A program made the translations under genes and the position numbers. A DNA stretch of 63,956 nucleotides, the filler included, from Olpidium bornovanus S191 (Eukaryota > Fungi > Olpidiomycota), in assembly GCA_017911155.1 (NCBI GenBank). It is 28 parts of 28 records of this genome, joined end to end, with 100 filler letters (N's around TTAATTAATTAA, not from the genome) between each part and the next. Parts side by side here need not be neighbours in the genome. Positions count along the whole stretch, not along the records: positions 1 to 1,338 come from JAEFCI010010754.1; positions 1,439 to 5,834 come from JAEFCI010000689.1; positions 5,935 to 7,261 come from JAEFCI010011214.1; positions 7,362 to 9,426 come from JAEFCI010012398.1; positions 9,527 to 10,946 come from JAEFCI010012592.1; positions 11,047 to 13,452 come from JAEFCI010002791.1; 22 more parts are not named here. One strand, given 5' to 3'. The notes below the pieces were generated by a model. That model did no database searches, was not told where the DNA came from, and worked only from the letters and a program-made list of their open reading frames with translations. Shown here one piece after another: positions 1-12,114 of the stretch. Positions within the stretch are counted from its first letter, which is position 1. Each line of letters begins with the position of its first letter.

Positions 1-297
1 AATCTTTTTTTTTTTCCCCCCCCCCCCGGCGGGTTTTTTTTTTTTTTTTTTTTTTTTTTTTGCCGGCCCACAAACCCCCAAAAAAAAAGAAGAAAAAGAA
101 AAAGAAAACCGCCAAAAAGAAAGAAGAAAGAAGAAAAAGGAAACCGCCTAAAAGAAAGAAGAATGAAGAAAAAGGAAAAGAAAACCGACTAAAAGAAAGA
201 AGAAAGAAGAGAAAGGAAAAAAAAAAACTGCCTGCACCCGCCCCAGATTCCTGGGTTTCTGGCGCCCCGCGTTTGCTGACACTTCGTCGGGCCACAG

Positions 298-1240
298 GCC
301 GCGGAAGCCCTGGGAGCAATTGGTGATCCGAAGTCTCTGCAAGTCCTGGAAAAGTACCTTTCCGACGACACCGTAGTCGTGCGCCAGACTTGCGAGCTGG
401 CGATCGAGAGAATAAAGTTCGAGAACAAGAGAACCAAGGAGGACGAAGTAGAAAACATTCCCCCGAGGTATCTCTTTGTGGGCACTTACGCTGCGTTTGT
501 CTGTGCCGGCAGTTGCTGAGTGCAGCAGCGAAACGTCACTCACAATCGCCGCCCATTTTTTGCCTTCTTTTCTTCGCTTCTTGGTTTTCACTTGCTCTCC
601 GTGTTCGGCGTTCTCAACGCCTGTATAGTATATACGCCTCGGTGGATCCCGCACCGCCGTCTACCTCTACTGACTCCACCGCCTTGTTGGAGAAGACGCT
701 GCTTGACCCGGAGGTTCCGCTGTTCGAACGATACCGCGCCATGTTCGCCTTGCGCAACAAGGGCGACGTTCCGGCGGTTCTCGCCCTCGCCAAGGGTCTG
801 GACGATTCCAGTGCTCTTTTCCGGCACGAGATCGGTGCGTTTTCTGCTTTTGCAGAACGTTTTTGCGGCAGTACTGCCTTGCCCTTCGAAGCGCGCTTCC
901 TTTGCATTTCGTCCCTTACTAAATTCCCCCGGCTCTCAGCATATGTATTTGGCCAGATGCAGCACCCTGCCAGTGTCCCCAGCTTGGTCAAAGTAAGGTT
1001 CTGGTCGTCGCAGATGATTCCCGTCGCGCCCCGGAATTTTGCGGGAAGTCCTTACCCAGGCACCGCGCGCGCTCCTGCAGAGTCTTGAAAAGGACGACGA
1101 GGAAGCTATGGTTCGGCACGAATGTGCAGAGGCTCTCGGTAGCATTGCGACAGAGGAGGTGTACGCCGTTCTTCGGAAGCACGCGACAAACCCTAATCGC
1201 GTCATCAGAGAAAGCTGCGAAGTCGCTTTGGACATGGCCG
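298..1240 (+). CDS. DOHH: Deoxyhypusine hydroxylase (HEAT-repeat), partial, spliced
   Basis: GT-AG exons 298-467, 629-834, 940-992 and 1081-1240 join to AAEALGAIG...[10 protein letters not shown]...YASVDPAPP...[13 protein letters not shown]...[16 protein letters not shown]...[14 protein letters not shown]...[12 protein letters not shown], containing the His-Glu metal-binding motifs. Confidence 0.95.
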
Positions 1241-1338
1241 GTATGTTTGCGGTCGTCCTTTTTTTTCACCGGTTTTGCGCTTTTCATTTTTTTTTTTCGT
1301 TTGATCGTGGGGTGCCGCTTTCGGAAAGTTTTCCGGTC

Positions 1339-1438
1339 NNNNNNNNNNNNNNNNNNNNNNNNNNNNNNNNNNNNNNNNNNNNTTAATTAATTAANNNNNN
1401 NNNNNNNNNNNNNNNNNNNNNNNNNNNNNNNNNNNNNN
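1339..1438. other. Artificial contig linker (first of 27 identical ones)
   Basis: 44 N + TTAATTAATTAA (stops in all six frames) + 44 N. Recurs at 5835, 7262, 9427, 10947, 13453, 15307, 17222, 21235, 22812, 24752, 27141, 29571, 31226, 33308, 35031, 36234, 38438, 41939, 43162, 48067, 49492, 53983, 56015, 58851, 60757, 62753. Confidence 0.99.
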
Positions 1439-3475
1439 CATGACTGGCGAATGGTAGCAGCGATGGCGCGAGATGCCGAGAGGAGGGTTTTTCTGATCAC
1501 GTCGTGTATCCGTTCGAACAACGCAGCCGTGTCAACCTGGTGCCGCTCCTCAAGGTACTGGCGCAGTTGGGCCAAGGACCTAATGGGCAGGTTAACTTGC
1601 AAGCTTCCCAAAATTTCCAGACGAGTGGGGGAGGGGAGCGGGAGGGCGGTCTCCCTCGTACCATTTGCAGCCGTTACGAAGTATGTCGTCATTTGCGTCC
1701 GGAGCGACCTGCGACTTGCTCCTCCTTTTGGTGATGCTTGTGTTCGTCAAGTGTATGAATCTATTTCGCATTACCTTGGTCGTCTTCGGCGGCTGGGCAG
1801 GATCGGCATCGCGGCGGTGGTTGGCAAACAATGCCGATCAGTGTCCCACGTTAAGGAGCGGACACCGGCAAAACAACCACGCCGTCGCTGGCCGAACTCC
1901 CGTAATTCCAGGGTACCTTGTACAGCATTGCAGAAAACCGGGAGATGCCCTCTCCGAACACGTAGGCCCTCAACGGTTCGAAGGACGTCACCAAAACATA
2001 CCTGTTTGAAAGGATGGGCAGGAAAAAGTAGCGGGGAGCGCAAGGAGGAAAGGGGAGGGGAGGGGGGGCGGGAGTAACTGGCTTTTAAACGGGGACTTCT
2101 GGTGCGGACCGTTTCGCCATCCGCTTGCCCATTTCAAGCGGGGCGCCGGCGATACGTACAGCCGTATATCAAATTTCCTGCCTTCAATAAGGAAAGGTCG
2201 ATAAATGTACCGTGACACGATGGCATCCTTCCGCTTGGGCACCTCGCCCCACTTCTTCACCAGGCGCACTCCGATCCCCCGTGCGGCCGCCGGCGGTTTG
2301 ATGATCCAGACGGCCTTTTCGGGCTTCTTCGCCGCACGGGCCTCCCGCCGCGCTTCGCGAAAAGCCCGCTTGAGCTGCTTCCTGTCCTGCGGAAGTATGT
2401 AAGTTGCCGGCAGGAATTCGATCGAGGTTCGAGCCTGAGTCCGTTGCCAGGACGGCGGGAACGGCGGAAGCGCACCGTCCTGGTTTCCGGGAAACTCGTC
2501 TTCCCGCCTGCAGGGGCCCACTTTGATCTGGTACATTTTCCGCAGGGTTTTGAGCAACTTGTCCTTCCTCCCTATTTCGAACGAGCCAGGCGCGTGGTTG
2601 ACGATCTGCCACGGACAGACGCCTCTGAACTGCTCCGTCTTGACGTGGCGGCCCCAGTACAGCAGCCAGGGTTCCCGCCGCCTAGCGCTGCCGCCGAAAG
2701 GGCCTCGCACGACCTTGAACCCGGCTTTCCTGACGACTTCTTTCACGACGGTCGGCGTGAACTTTCCCGATCGCAGCACAAGTTTGCTCTTGACGCAGCT
2801 GGGCAGCGGCGACGCCGGCTCGTCTGGGCCCGGAAAATACAGCACGGGCGGTCCGTCCGCGAATATCGACCTGATGCAGTAGCCGTCCTCACTTCGAAGC
2901 GACGGACCGGGACCCGGGAGAGGACACGCCGCCGCTTGGAGCGTCAAGCTTTCGCAGGTGCGAGGTGCATGTTTCGCCGCCGCCTGCTCCTTGCAATACC
3001 GGTCCCCAAGTCCCTGAAATTCCGGCCCCCAAACCGGCGACATTCCGGCGGGGTGTACCAGGCCGCTCCCCAGCACGCGACCGACCTCCGACGAAGGAAA
3101 CGCCGCCACCATGGAGATACCGGCAGAGGTGCTGGAGCTGGTCACGTCGTCATCGGCCTCCTCGCCGTCGTCGCTGCTGCTATTGGTGTCCACGGAGCTC
3201 AGGTCGTCGTCGGCCTCCACCCGCTCGTCGTCGGACGCACCGCTGCTGTCGGTGTCCATCGAGTACCGGATGCAATTTCCCTCACTGTCATAATCGTCGT
3301 CCTCGAAAACCTCCTCCCCTTCCTCCTGTCCCTCACACGCGAACGAGTCCCATTTTTCGACGTCATCGCTCGAGCGTGACGATCCTGATTTGGTCGACGG
3401 CTGGGTTTCGGACCCAGTGCTGGTGCTGTCGGCAACTGTGTCGTTCGCCGCGGGTGTAAACGCGGTCCGTTGCAT
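1439..3475 (-). CDS. TTLL4: Tubulin glutamylase, TTLL4-like, 3' truncated
   Basis: Motifs [60 protein letters not shown] (spliced) and RFIHLTN, after an acidic low-complexity N-terminus. First in-frame ATG at 3475. Confidence 0.9.
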
Positions 3476-4275
3476 TTTGGTGATACCGGTATGGCGCACA
3501 TTCGGACACCGCGCGGGTCGTACGCTGCACGGGAGCTCTGACAGAAAAGCGTCGGCTCTTCTGCATGGAAACGGCAGCCCATAAACCGAAGCCCAAGTTA
3601 GTTGCGCGGCAACGGGCAACGCATACCGCAATCACAGCGCCCCGTAGTACATCACCCCGGCACGGGACCGACCGGGCCCCCCGCCGGGGGAAAATCGTGC
3701 CAACGGGCCATTTGTACCCGTTTGGCGCGTCGAGTTTGCGTAACCTCTTTGCGATGGCTTGCCAAGCCATGGATTGCCGAAATTAACCCACGACACACAC
3801 AAACTGGAAAGGAACATTGTCGAGTCGCCACCCCACGCACCCCCCATGGACCAGTCATGATCGGTTCCGTGAAAAACGCGCGGTCAATACAATGGCGACG
3901 ACGAGTAAGACCTCGCTGGAGGCCACAGTTGGCTCGCTTGGCCACACCAGCGGGGACGCTATCCGACGCTATCCGATTTCCAATAAAACCGAACGCCTGA
4001 GGGCCGCCCGACACCGCGAACTGCAGTCAACTGCAAAACGCTTCTCGAGCACTTCAAAAGCGAAACATGATATTCCAAAGCATTCGAAACTACCAACCCG
4101 AGGTAAGCGCGCAGCGTTACTAGCTAAAACGAAGCGACGCAACTCTTAGAATTTGGAATGGAAGTAGAATTCTTGCTAGACCAGCCAAGCACGAGGAGGA
4201 AAAAGCTTTGTGCGCGCACTTCTCCACAGTCTTAAACCCCTACCGCCCACGGAACTTCGACCATCCAACTTCAGC

Positions 4276-5226
4276 TCATTTTCCGAGGAGCTTGTCGAGC
4301 TCTCCGTTGGACCTGGCAGCTACCAGTGCATCGCAGCCTCCAATGAAGTTCTGGCGCACCCAGATGGCGGGGACTGTCTTGTGGGCTGCAGAACAGGGAA
4401 AACATAGTTAGCCTCGCACTGCCAGGCAAATGCGGAATACGGAGAAATCCACGAAAGCGCGGATCAGACACGCCCGCGAAATAACAAAAAAACGTCAGGC
4501 ATGGGGTAAGCACCCACAGAATTCTTCCATGACCGCTTTCTGTTGCGGTTTTTTTTTTTGGCAAGGAATATGCTCTGTTATGGTGCGCTAACGTGGTCCC
4601 GCCGGAAAACCGGAAAAACCAAAGCGATATTACAAACATCGGCGGAGTCTACTTGGTTCGGCACTGACCTGAAGCGCATCGCCGTTTTCGTCCTCGTCGA
4701 GTTCAACGATCTTGGCATCGACGCCCATATCCTTGAATATCTGCTTCGCCTAGATGATGGCCCGCACTTATGTTAGGGGCTTGTAACCCACCATAAAAAG
4801 TCCGCGTTTGGCGCAAACGAAACAAAGAATCTGGGTCGAACCTTCGCGCAGAACGGGCAATCTTCGTATGCAGGAAGGCCGGCCCCGCGGCGGTGAAAAA
4901 GCTCAGAACAACATAGCTTCTTCGCAAAGTATACAACGTTTCGGCCCGGCCACCCTGCTGCGCCCGGGTGCGACCACGGACCTACGGCAAAACAAAGATC
5001 ACCTACAGGTTTTCGAAAGGACAAGAACGAGATTCTGACGCACAGACAAGGGAGAAGCAGGGTGAACGGCAAGCATGACGTCCGGTGTTCGCCACCGTCA
5101 GCTTCCGAGGTTTCCCCTTCCACAGAAAGGAGGTTCGTCCCGGGCCAGACCTAGCCCCGTCCTCCCCCAGGTTGCTTCCCCACTCACCTCCTTGATGAGG
5201 GTGTGGAGGAGTTCTTTCCCAGCCAT
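4276..5226 (-). CDS. Dithiol glutaredoxin (CPFC), 6 exons, complete; absent from ORF track
   Basis: Exons 5226-5188, 5034-5007, 4861-4842, 4749-4669, 4539-4518 and 4385-4276, all GT-AG, give MAGKELLHTLIKENLVLVLSKTYCPFCAKAKQIFKDMGVDAKIVELDEDENGDALQKAVMEEFSHKTVPAIWVRQNFIGGCDALVAARSNGELDKLLGK*. Confidence 0.92.
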
Positions 5227-5934
5227 GGCGAGCGACAACAGCGGCAGCGTCTGTGTATGGGTTTGCGCCGGAGTTTTTCTAACTTTCTTCGGACGTTTTG
5301 TTATTCGTCGCCGGTTTCCGAGCCGCTCCTCTCGCTCTCTCTATCCGATGCAACACCGAAAAGAAAATTATAATAATAATATCGAGATCAGCATTTAACA
5401 GCACGAGCGTGGGACGCGTGCAACAGAGGATGCACGCGGATGCACTTGGCGGCATGGGCCCCATCTCGGTCGTCACCATGCTGCATCCAACGCCGTTTCG
5501 GCACCTTGCACGATCGCCTGTTTGGCCTCCTTTAGCAGAGCCCTCTAGGCCCATGGACGGCGCCGAAATGGCGACCCCGGAAAGTGCCTAACGGGCATTC
5601 ACGGAACAGCTTGCTAGATTGCAAGTCCACCTTGGTAACGCGGGGGCCAGCTCTGTCCACAGTGACAAGGGTAAAAAGAAAAAGAAACAAAAAGACGAAG
5701 AAAAGAATAAATGATCGCCGAAATGCCGATCATGAGCATTGTCAGCCAAGGCAGATCAGTGTAATGCCGAGTGACAACGGCTAATTAGAAACTGTCGATG
5801 AAATATTGATCTGTCAAGCCACAAGGCAACCATGNNNNNNNNNNNNNNNNNNNNNNNNNNNNNNNNNNNNNNNNNNNNTTAATTAATTAANNNNNNNNNN
5901 NNNNNNNNNNNNNNNNNNNNNNNNNNNNNNNNNN

Positions 5935-6739
5935 CATGCCACCCAAATTGCAATTAGTTCAGTGATAATTGAAACAAAAAAACAAACTAAACAAGATCAG
6001 CACGTCGAGAAAAAAATCACGCACCAAGGTCGTGGCAGAGACCGGCGAGGGCCAGGCACTTCACGTCCGAATCGCTGATCTCCAGTTCGGGTTGCTCGGC
6101 GCGGAAACAAGATATCAGGCCCCGTGCGAGGTGGCACACCCCTGGGTGTCAGAGGTCGGGGAAAGGCAAAGAACGGGAGGCTGAGAGCGGGCAAAACATA
6201 GGTGGCGAGGAAGTCAAGCACGGAACATACCGATGGAGTGCTCGAACCTGTTGTGACTCGCGCCCGGAAACACGAAGTATGCTGTGCCGAGCTGCGCGCG
6301 AAAAAAAGGAGTACTTTCAGCCTTTGCGAGCGCAAACACCGGCGAGGACGAATCAGATTGGGACGGGGGCCAGGGGGGGAAGGAAAGGAAGGAGATTGGG
6401 AACCTTGTCATTCCGACTCCCGGGTTACCTGCTTCAAGTCCCTCAGCCGCTGGAACTGCGGAGTGTCCATGAAGTCCACGCAGTCTTTGTCGAGGGCGAT
6501 GAGGCCGTGCACAGGGTCGTCGATCCACTTGGTGGTGTCGTAACATATCCCTCCGCTGCCGGCCGATGACAAAGGCGGCGAGAAAGTGTCGGCGTGAGGC
6601 CTGATCCGCGTAGGCGTGGCCAGACGGTCGAAGCGACCGTCGTCCTCCTCGTCGCTGTAGCTGACGGGGAGCCGCGGTCTCGACACGGAAAAGCAAGCCT
6701 GCCTCGGAGGCGTCACGAACGCGGCCGCGTCGGCGTCCA

Positions 6740-6788
<49 letters not shown>

Positions 6789-6821
6789 GCCGTTCTGAGG
6801 CCGTTCGGAACCCGCCCCCAT
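5935..6821 (-). CDS. SAMHD1-like HD-domain dNTP triphosphohydrolase, 3' truncated
   Basis: Spliced exons give [56 protein letters not shown]...LAGLCHDLG, the SAMHD1 signature. N-terminal poly-Gln. Confidence 0.9.
6741..6785 (-). repeat. (CAG)15 coding microsatellite (poly-Gln)
   Basis: 15 perfect CTG units on +, in frame in the HD-domain gene. Confidence 0.97.
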
Positions 6822-7361
6822 CGCCTCTGGTTCCCACCTCCCGTCCCGCCGCAGCCGTTCCTCCGGGGGTGGCGTTGTGGGTTTTTGAAAAGACCCGTCC
6901 CTTTTCCCCCCCTCCCTCCCCTTCCTCTCCTCTTACCCCCCACCCGAAATCGCTGCGGGCGGTGGCGGTGGCGGCGACATCCGTGCAGGCAAACCTTGTA
7001 CGAATTAGGGGGTGTCAAACCATTAAAGGGCCGTTTTCTCGTATCACCGGCTTTTTGATGGCCGTATCGCCCGGGATACGGTGGCGTGGGTGATGTGGGT
7101 TGTTGCGGGTGTTCAAACCTGAGTGACCGAACTGCTATCACCACACATACGGCGATGGGGTTCTGGGCTATCCACTGGGCTGCCCCGTCCCCGCCAGAAG
7201 AAAAAAACAAGACGCGTAACACCTTTGATGCCCCAGCCCCCACGCCCCACACAGCCCCATGNNNNNNNNNNNNNNNNNNNNNNNNNNNNNNNNNNNNNNN
7301 NNNNNTTAATTAATTAANNNNNNNNNNNNNNNNNNNNNNNNNNNNNNNNNNNNNNNNNNNN

Positions 7362-8407
7362 CATGCCCTTCGTCGTCCAGCAGTACGTTCTCAGGTTTCA
7401 AGTCACTACTCCGCGGAGTAAGCGTGAGCTGACCGGAGGTGCAGTGAATCGCACGAAACACGTTAAGCTCTGGAACTCACCGGTAAATAATACCGAGGCC
7501 GTGCAGATGCTCCAATGCGGACGCGATCTCCGCCGCGTAGAACGCGGCCACATCCTCCTCAAACATTTTTTCGTTTGACATATGTGTGAACAGCTCTCCG
7601 CCGCTTGCATACTTCAGGATGAGGTATAGCTTCTGGTCGCACTGGAAGGCGTAGTACAGGGGCACGATGAACGGGTGGTTGATCGCTGCCAGGACCTGGC
7701 GTTCCGTCAGGGTGTGCTCACGGTCTTTACGGTGGATAGCGATCGAAGCCTTCTTCAGGACTTTCATGGCGTGCACGCGGCAGGTCTGACGGTGGCGAAC
7801 CAATACGACCTGTGTTCGCCACAGAGTAAGAACTAGATCTGAAAGAGACGCGATAACATGGGTCATCGGGGGCCACAGGCGTAACCTTTCCGTAACCGCC
7901 CCTGCCGAGGAGTCGGAGCTGCTCAAAGTCCTCCTCGGAAGTCTTCTTGACGACCGGCGGAAACGTCACCTCCACAGCGCTTGTTGTCGCCCGCGGACTG
8001 CCTTCCAGAATCTGGGTCGGCGCAACGTAGTCCTCGTCCAGGCTAACGACGAGCGCATCCGGGTCATTATCGGTAACATCACGTGGAACGGGCTTGTCAT
8101 CAGCAAAGACCGGCAGCAGATGCGGGGAGAGTCGCTCCTCGCCGGGGGGTGTGGCAGACAGCGGCGAGGCGTCTGCGTCGCACCCAACGCCGTCCGGCCA
8201 CCGGCGCCGGTCAAGCGCCGGAAACCCCGTTCGCAGCGCCGCCGCCACATCGTCGTGCTCGACTTCCTGCTCGCCTTCGTCTTCGTCTTCGGGAGAAAAC
8301 CCAAACTGCAGGGCATGGTCGGCGTGCTCCTCCTCGTCGTCCTTCACGCCCCGCCATCCCGCTTCGCGAGGCAGTTTTTGGGGCGCTTCGTCGCTGCCGC
8401 CGTCCAT
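7362..8407 (-). CDS. AGC kinase, S6K/Psk1(Ypk3)-like, 3' truncated
   Basis: DFEQLRLLGRGGYGKV...AMKVLKKA...HTLTERQVLAAINHPFIVPLYYAFQCDQKLYLILKYASGGELFTHM...[31 protein letters not shown] across three exons. Confidence 0.9.
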
Positions 8408-8818
8408 GCCGCCCTTTGGAAATGTCCCCTGCCGAGACCAAACGAAGGGAAGCGGGGGGCGGGGGACCCCACAACATGCTCCCCTCGCGGGAAGGGAAGC
8501 TGGGGGAGGTTGATCGGAAAAAAAAAAAAAAAAAAAAAAAATAAACAGAAACGCCGTATCGGGTGATGACGGTGATGACAGGCATTTTTCCGCCGCGGCA
8601 TAAAAACATGCCGCACGTCGGCCACGTGCGGCAGAGAACACACGAAAGCACAGCGGGCGGCTGAATGGGTCGGGCGCAATGCACATCCAGCCTTTCGTCA
8701 AAAAAGCAGTGTTGGTGTTGATGTATATAAAAAGGAGCGACCGTAGCGCCACATGTCATCGATACGCGCTCACCCCACCCCCCCTCCCGATCGAAATATA
8801 GACTTGGCGCTTCGAGCA

Positions 8819-9085
8819 TCAGAACGGCCGTCGGACCTCGTCCTCTTTCTTTCGATCGGAACCCCGGCCGGCGATTGCGTCGGCTACCGTGCTGCGCGTC
8901 ACCTTCGTCGCGGCTTCGATTTTCGCCGAACGGCCTTTGTGTGTTTTTTTTGGAGTTTTGAGGGGAATCACGTAATCCGTGATGAGATCTTCCTTGTCCA
9001 AGCCACACTCCGTCGCCTCCTCTTCGCCCCAGAAATAGAAGCCGAGAAGACGGTGCGGGGAGAGCGTCGAAGCCTCGCAGTCTCA
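8819..9085 (-). CDS. Possible terminal exon of an unidentified gene
   Basis: Open frame ...HRLLGFYFWGEEEATECGLDKEDLITDYVIP...RPF* looks protein-like. Family not recognised and splice sites not resolved. Confidence 0.3.
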
Positions 9086-11146
9086 CAACACCCCCGCACC
9101 ACCATCCCAACATCACGCGAGAAATCGCCCCCACCGTTTCGTTGCCCGCACGAGGTGGGAAAGGCGATGCCTTGCTTCACGCAGCGCTGTATCCCCGGCA
9201 TTGCCGTTCACGCCGCTGGGCGCGCAGGGTAATCACACATACACGGTTTTCTTTAAGGGCCCGGCGGTTCAGTTAATTGAAACCAACCAGCATTTTCTAC
9301 TCAGTCATGGCAGCAACATCGAACAATCAGAGTCCGTCTGGTAACGCAATTACTCGGTAGGGCAATCCGCTAGTTCATCGACGACCGTTTATCAGATCAT
9401 CGAGCTGACTTCAACACGTGCAAGTCNNNNNNNNNNNNNNNNNNNNNNNNNNNNNNNNNNNNNNNNNNNNTTAATTAATTAANNNNNNNNNNNNNNNNNN
9501 NNNNNNNNNNNNNNNNNNNNNNNNNNCATGAACACGCGTGGGTCCGCAGGGTTCACTCCTGCGCTGGACGGGGCCCCGGGGACGGGCTGTAGGCGGTCGG
9601 GAAGAATATCCGTGCACGCGGTTCGAGCAAATAAGCCCGCTGTGCCGGAAACGGTCCTGCGCCTTCTTGCGATCCTTACCGTCAGCGGCCTTCGGGACCT
9701 GATTCCTGCCGACCGCCCGTCCCCGTCGTGCCGAATGCCCAACGCACTGGCAATGATTTGCCGGATGTGGTTCCGTTTTTTTCTCCCCCCCGTGTACTCG
9801 CACGTCGGGCGGTGCCGATGGGAGGCGTGGACCAGGATGCTGTCATCGTCTCCGCTGCCGTCATCCGACGGGGCGTACCGGGAAGTGCAACTTCCAAGAG
9901 CAGCATGAGTCGACTCCGGTACCCAGGCCTGCAAAATGTTCCGCGCTAGTTTGCAGGCGGCAAAAGACCGCGAGGCAAGTTGCGGAAAACTCGAGGCAAA
10001 TTCGTCGGTCACTCCGACATCAACCGCCCGGTCGATTTCTTCGCAGGCTCCCCCGAAGGACGCGTTGCCCATTTCGCCAGGGTCGCCGCGCCCGCCGTAC
10101 CTTCGACGACGGTGTCATCCACGTTGTCCAACAGAATGCGCTCGAACTGCATTATGCCGAAGCCCGCGGCTGTCGCCGCTTCTTCCGCGCGACGCCTTGC
10201 CTGGGCAGATTTGACCCCGACTTTCTTTGCTTGCCCGACAGAATGAAAACGAACCGCCGCGCACGGAACGGGATTGAACGTCGGTGCGGGAGCGTTTATG
10301 AATCGCCTTTCACGGAACGTTCTGGCCGCTCACCCTTACCCGTGCAAGCTCCGGCGGCGGGGACAAGCGAGCGGCGGCGGGGACAAGCGTGCGGCAGCGG
10401 GGGCGGCAGCAAAAGGGGAGGGTGGCTACGCAGAAGTTTTGACGCCTGGCAGTGCGCGTGCGGCGACCCGAGGGCGACGCGTCTCGCCCGCACCCCGGTT
10501 TTCCGTCCGCGCCCGGACCTGATCTACGGGGAGACGCAGCGCACGGAGAGCAGGGAAAAGGCCTTCAGATCTTACGGTACGTGCGCAGGGCTGCGACCGG
10601 GCTGTGACCGAGTTCCGACGAGAGAACGCGGCGTCCCCGAACCTCCAGTTGTTTCGCCGGCGACTCCACCAATCAGGCAGTGTAAAAAAAAAAATAAAAA
10701 ATGCGATGCTCTCGCCGTTCCGGCGAAGGCCCAACACGTTACGTAACGCGACTCCCGAAAAGCTTGCACGTGTAAATGTGAGTCCGGGGGCTCTGCGCGC
10801 CTGCCAAACCCGGAAGACGGCGAATCATGCAGCAGGGTTGTGCGACGCGAATGAGGTGGAAGTGCCTCAGGGAGAAGACTCCGCGCAGATGCGAGGAGGA
10901 GCCGACGAGACTCGGAAACGTCGCGGAAAATGTGGAACCACGCTGGNNNNNNNNNNNNNNNNNNNNNNNNNNNNNNNNNNNNNNNNNNNNTTAATTAATT
11001 AANNNNNNNNNNNNNNNNNNNNNNNNNNNNNNNNNNNNNNNNNNNNATCATCTTAACGGGGAAACCGGAAACGCGTGATCCGCTTGCGCGGCGATGACGG
11101 TCGTCAGTGACCTTGAACAAACGCCCGTATCCCTCTCGGAAATCAG

Positions 11147-11469
11147 GGCCCTTGACGCCCGGCATGGCCGCGGTCGTGCGCAAACGAATCCGCGACCCTG
11201 TAGCGCTGCGCAACTGCCTGCTGGAGGCGCATCGGTTCGACGCCCGCGAGGCAGTCAAGCTGGGCATCGTCGATATGTCTGCGGCGGGAGACGAGCTGCT
11301 CGGAAAAGCCGTCGAGCTCGCCTCGTCCAAAGCGAACTTCGCCAAGGCTGGCCAGGTCTACAGTATGATCAAGGAGGAGACGTACAACGACGCTGCCGAG
11401 AAACTCGACGCGGGGCTCGGCGTCGTCGCGAAGTTCGTCAAGAACATGAGCGTTTTAGCGAAACTGTGA
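11147..11469 (+). CDS. Enoyl-CoA hydratase/isomerase (crotonase) family, last exon
   Basis: After a cag acceptor: PLTPGMAAVVRKRI...LLEAHRFDAREAVKLGIVD...ELLGKAVELA...YSMIKEE...AKL*. Confidence 0.8.
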
Positions 11470-12114
11470 AAGAACGTGCGGGCGGCGCACAAGGAACGAT
11501 TTCTCGTCTCCAGTACACGCGGACTACAGCTAAGAAAACCTGTACGGTCGCGTTTGGCCCAACGCGAAAAGTCCCGCGTCAGTACTCTTCGCTTGCACGT
11601 ACATACGCTCCGCTGCACGTACAGAGACGGCCGCGCAGGCGCCGTACCGTCCGCGTTTAATTCCGCACGCCACCTCGCGATCCGATTTCCTGTTTACTAT
11701 AAAGGCGAACCGTGAGTTACGCGAAAGCCATCTTTCACGATGCACGTGCAACTCCCGTCTCAATTCGGTGGCAACCCGATCGAGCAACGCTGTTTATTGG
11801 TAAAACGCGTGATTCTCATATACGTCGGAATTACACGGGCCTTGGAAGAATTCGACAACAGCAAAAAAAGGCTTCGAAATGAAGACGCAAGAAACATCGG
11901 AGTATCTAGACGGAAGAGGAGATGCGGTGCATAAAAAAAGCTAGTGTAGTCTGAATTATGGCGTTTCTCTGTTTGCCCGGGACTTTCGATTACACGATGC
12001 GGAGAGGCAATTATATTAAAATTATGTCGCCGCCACTGGGTACGGCGGGGAACCGTGTTTTTTATCAGAAAAGCCCTGCAAGGCTTGACCGACCGCCGCC
12101 CGTCGACGATGAAT

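Noticed and set aside
60-326. Lys-rich 88-aa ORF and similar poly-K/poly-F ORFs near 32000, 33250 and 34900
   Set aside because: They are translations of A/T homopolymer-rich intronic or low-quality contig-end sequence.
1383-1394. TTAATTAATTAA recurring 27 times as a possible biological repeat or CRISPR-like element
   Set aside because: Always centred in exactly 88 Ns. It is a six-frame stop linker added when contigs were concatenated; ORFs ending X...LIN are artefacts.
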